From Candidatus Nanopusillus sp. (GTDB lineage Archaea; Nanobdellota; Nanobdellia; Nanobdellales; Nanobdellaceae): a stretch of 5,749 nt of DNA. Made by a program: the position numbers and the translations under genes. Location of the stretch: positions 1 through 5,749 of the forward strand of contig JAWDMD010000028.1 of the NCBI GenBank assembly GCA_046536775.1, given 5' to 3'. The notes under the pieces are model-generated. The model ran no database searches. It saw nothing but the letters and a program-made list of their open reading frames with translations, and was not told the origin of the DNA. This document shows, piece by piece, positions 4,294-5,749 of the stretch. The stretch's first letter is position 1, and every line of letters starts with the position of its first letter.

Positions 4294-5749
4294 TTATAAT
4301 TTTCTCATTTTATCTAATAAAAGCTTTTTCTCCATCCTTATTACTGTTTCTCTTACTAACTCTATTGCATCTACATTTACCGATATAGAATCTATACCAA
4401 GCTTTACTAATAGTTCTGCATAATCTGGTCTAGAACCGGCTTGTCCACATAAAGATGTGTATACACCATATTTTCTACATATTTTTATTACGCTTGATAT
4501 TAATTTAACAACTGCAGGATGTCCTTCATCCATTAGCCTTTGTACCATTTCATTATTTCTATCTACTCCCAATGTTAATTGAGTTAAATCGTTTGTTCCA
4601 AATGATATAAAATCTATGCCAGCATTCTTAATTATATCTTCAATTGTTAATGCACCAGCAGGTGTTTCTACCATTATTCCAAACTTTATATCTTTTCCAG
4701 GTATTAATCCCTCGCTTTTAACTATCTCTTTTGCTTTATATACCTCTTCCCATGATATTACAAATGGTAGCATTACCCATAAATTGTTTAATCCTTTTTC
4801 TTTTACCAATATTTTAAAAGCTTTTATTTGAGCTCTAAATAATTGCTCTTGATCTAAATCTCTCCTAATACCATGCCATCCCATCATTGGATTTGCCTCT
4901 TTTGGTTCTTTTTCTCCTCCTTCCAAATTTCTATATTCATCAGTCCTCATATCTAATGTTCTAACTATTACTGGCTTTGGATACATGATTCTCAATATTT
5001 CTTCTAACCTTTCTACTAACATATTTGTAAATTCATCTAATTTATTATTCTCTAAATACCATCTTGGATGTTTTCTATTTCTTAATACTAAGAACTCCAT
5101 TCTTAATAACCCTATTCCATCTACTAAATCTTTTACCTTACTTGCAGTTTCTGGATAATCAGCAATTGCCATAATTTTTGTAGCTGTAATTTCTAGTGGT
5201 GTAGATTTTATTATTTTTCTTGCAACTTCCTTTCTAGTTAGTTCTCCCAATTTTACTTCTCCTTCATATACAATACCATGTGTTCCATCTACAGTTATAA
5301 CCATTCCATCCTTCAATATTTTAGTTGCATCTTTTGTTCCAACAACTGCGGGTTTACCAAGTTCTCTTGAAACAATTGCAGCATGTGATAAATGACCACC
5401 TTCATCTGTAACTATTGCAGAAGCCTTTGCCATTAATGGTTCATAATCTGGATTTGTCATTACAGTAACTAGAACATCCCCTTCTTCAAATTTATCAAAT
5501 TCTTCTGGAGATAATATTATTTTTACTTTTCCAGTACCAACACCAGGAGATGCAGCAATACCTTTTAATAATATTTTTTCACCTTTTACTTCCAATTCTT
5601 CTTTCTTTACTTTCTTAATTGTTGTTATATCTCTTGTTTGTACAATATATATACCATTATCATCAATTGCATATTCTATATCTTGTGGTTTTCCATAATG
5701 TTGTTCTAATATCTTTCCATAATTTGCCAATTTCTTTACTTCATCATCA
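4294..5749 (-). CDS. ppsA: Phosphoenolpyruvate synthase (pyruvate, water dikinase), C-terminal ~485 codons; the 5' end lies beyond the window
   Basis: Family motifs are present: the end of the ATP-grasp domain (YGKPQDIEYAIDDNGIYIVQTRDIT), the swivelling phosphohistidine domain (VLVTVMTNPDYEPLM...IVTDEGGHLSHAAIVSRELGKPAVVG) and the PEP/pyruvate TIM-barrel domain (NPMMGWHGIRR, FGIMVETPAG, DFISFGTNDLTQLTLGVDR, SLCGQAG). The reading frame stays open upstream of the TTG at 5730 (..DDEVKKLANYG), so the track's TTG start is an artefact of the window edge. Confidence 0.95.
   Translation of the reverse strand, partial: DDEVKKLANYGKILEQHYGKPQDIEYAIDDNGIYIVQTRDITTIKKVKKEELEVKGEKILLKGIAASPGVGTGKVKIILSPEEFDKFEEGDVLVTVMTNPDYEPLMAKASAIVTDEGGHLSHAAIVSRELGKPAVVGTKDATKILKDGMVITVDGTHGIVYEGEVKLGELTRKEVARKIIKSTPLEITATKIMAIADYPETASKVKDLVDGIGLLRMEFLVLRNRKHPRWYLENNKLDEFTNMLVERLEEILRIMYPKPVIVRTLDMRTDEYRNLEGGEKEPKEANPMMGWHGIRRDLDQEQLFRAQIKAFKILVKEKGLNNLWVMLPFVISWEEVYKAKEIVKSEGLIPGKDIKFGIMVETPAGALTIEDIIKNAGIDFISFGTNDLTQLTLGVDRNNEMVQRLMDEGHPAVVKLISSVIKICRKYGVYTSLCGQAGSRPDYAELLVKLGIDSISVNVDAIELVRETVIRMEKKLLLDKMRKL

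Noticed and set aside
4616-4831. 71-aa plus-strand ORF.
   Set aside because: It is antisense inside the conserved TIM-barrel domain of ppsA, so it is a shadow ORF.
5728-5749. The TTG at 5730 used as the ppsA start in the track.
   Set aside because: The frame is open to the window edge (..DDEVKKLANYG..), and a full PEP synthase needs about 300 more N-terminal residues. The gene is truncated by the window.
1-5749. Scan for CRISPR repeats, IS elements/transposases, integrase next to tRNA (att-site islands), split tRNA halves or tRNA introns.
   Set aside because: No direct-repeat array, no transposase or integrase-like ORF, no duplicated tRNA 3' fragment and no orphan GC-rich half-tRNA segment was seen. 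Both tRNAs are contiguous and intron-less.

Overview
Very AT-rich, extremely gene-dense archaeal locus: 7 protein genes, 2 tRNAs and 1 small RNA in 5.7 kb, with several gene ends abutting or overlapping. Left to right: a tRNA-Val(CAC)-like gene with an odd anticodon loop (-); a Trm10-like SPOUT methyltransferase (+); an unrecognisable 275-aa protein (-); tRNA-Gln(CUG) (-); a divergent SpeH/AdoMetDC-fold homologue (+); a textbook archaeal C/D box sRNA absent from the ORF track that overlaps the 3' end of that gene (+); Taw1/TYW1, the radical-SAM wyosine enzyme (+); a 41-aa eL39-like ORF, also absent from the track (-); a single-domain T2SS-F (TadC/FlaJ-family) membrane protein (-); and the C-terminal ~485 codons of PEP synthase, which runs off the right edge (-). 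The best-supported new element is the C/D box sRNA at 2227-2286. Both of its 12-nt guides look complementary to two neighbouring conserved LSU rRNA segments, judged from memory. Other items worth a second look are the C33/U37 anticodon loop of the tRNA-Val, a perfect 25-bp palindrome filling the tRNA/trm10 divergent spacer, the active-site substitutions in the AdoMetDC-like protein next to Taw1, and the orphan protein beside tRNA-Gln. GC-rich RNA genes in an AT-rich background, A/T-rich boxes about 26 nt upstream of starts, and the compaction suggest a thermophilic, reduced-genome archaeon (Nanoarchaeota/DPANN-like). That lineage call is inference only. All homology statements are motif recognition from memory; no search or computation was run. 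No CRISPR array, transposase or integrase was seen.
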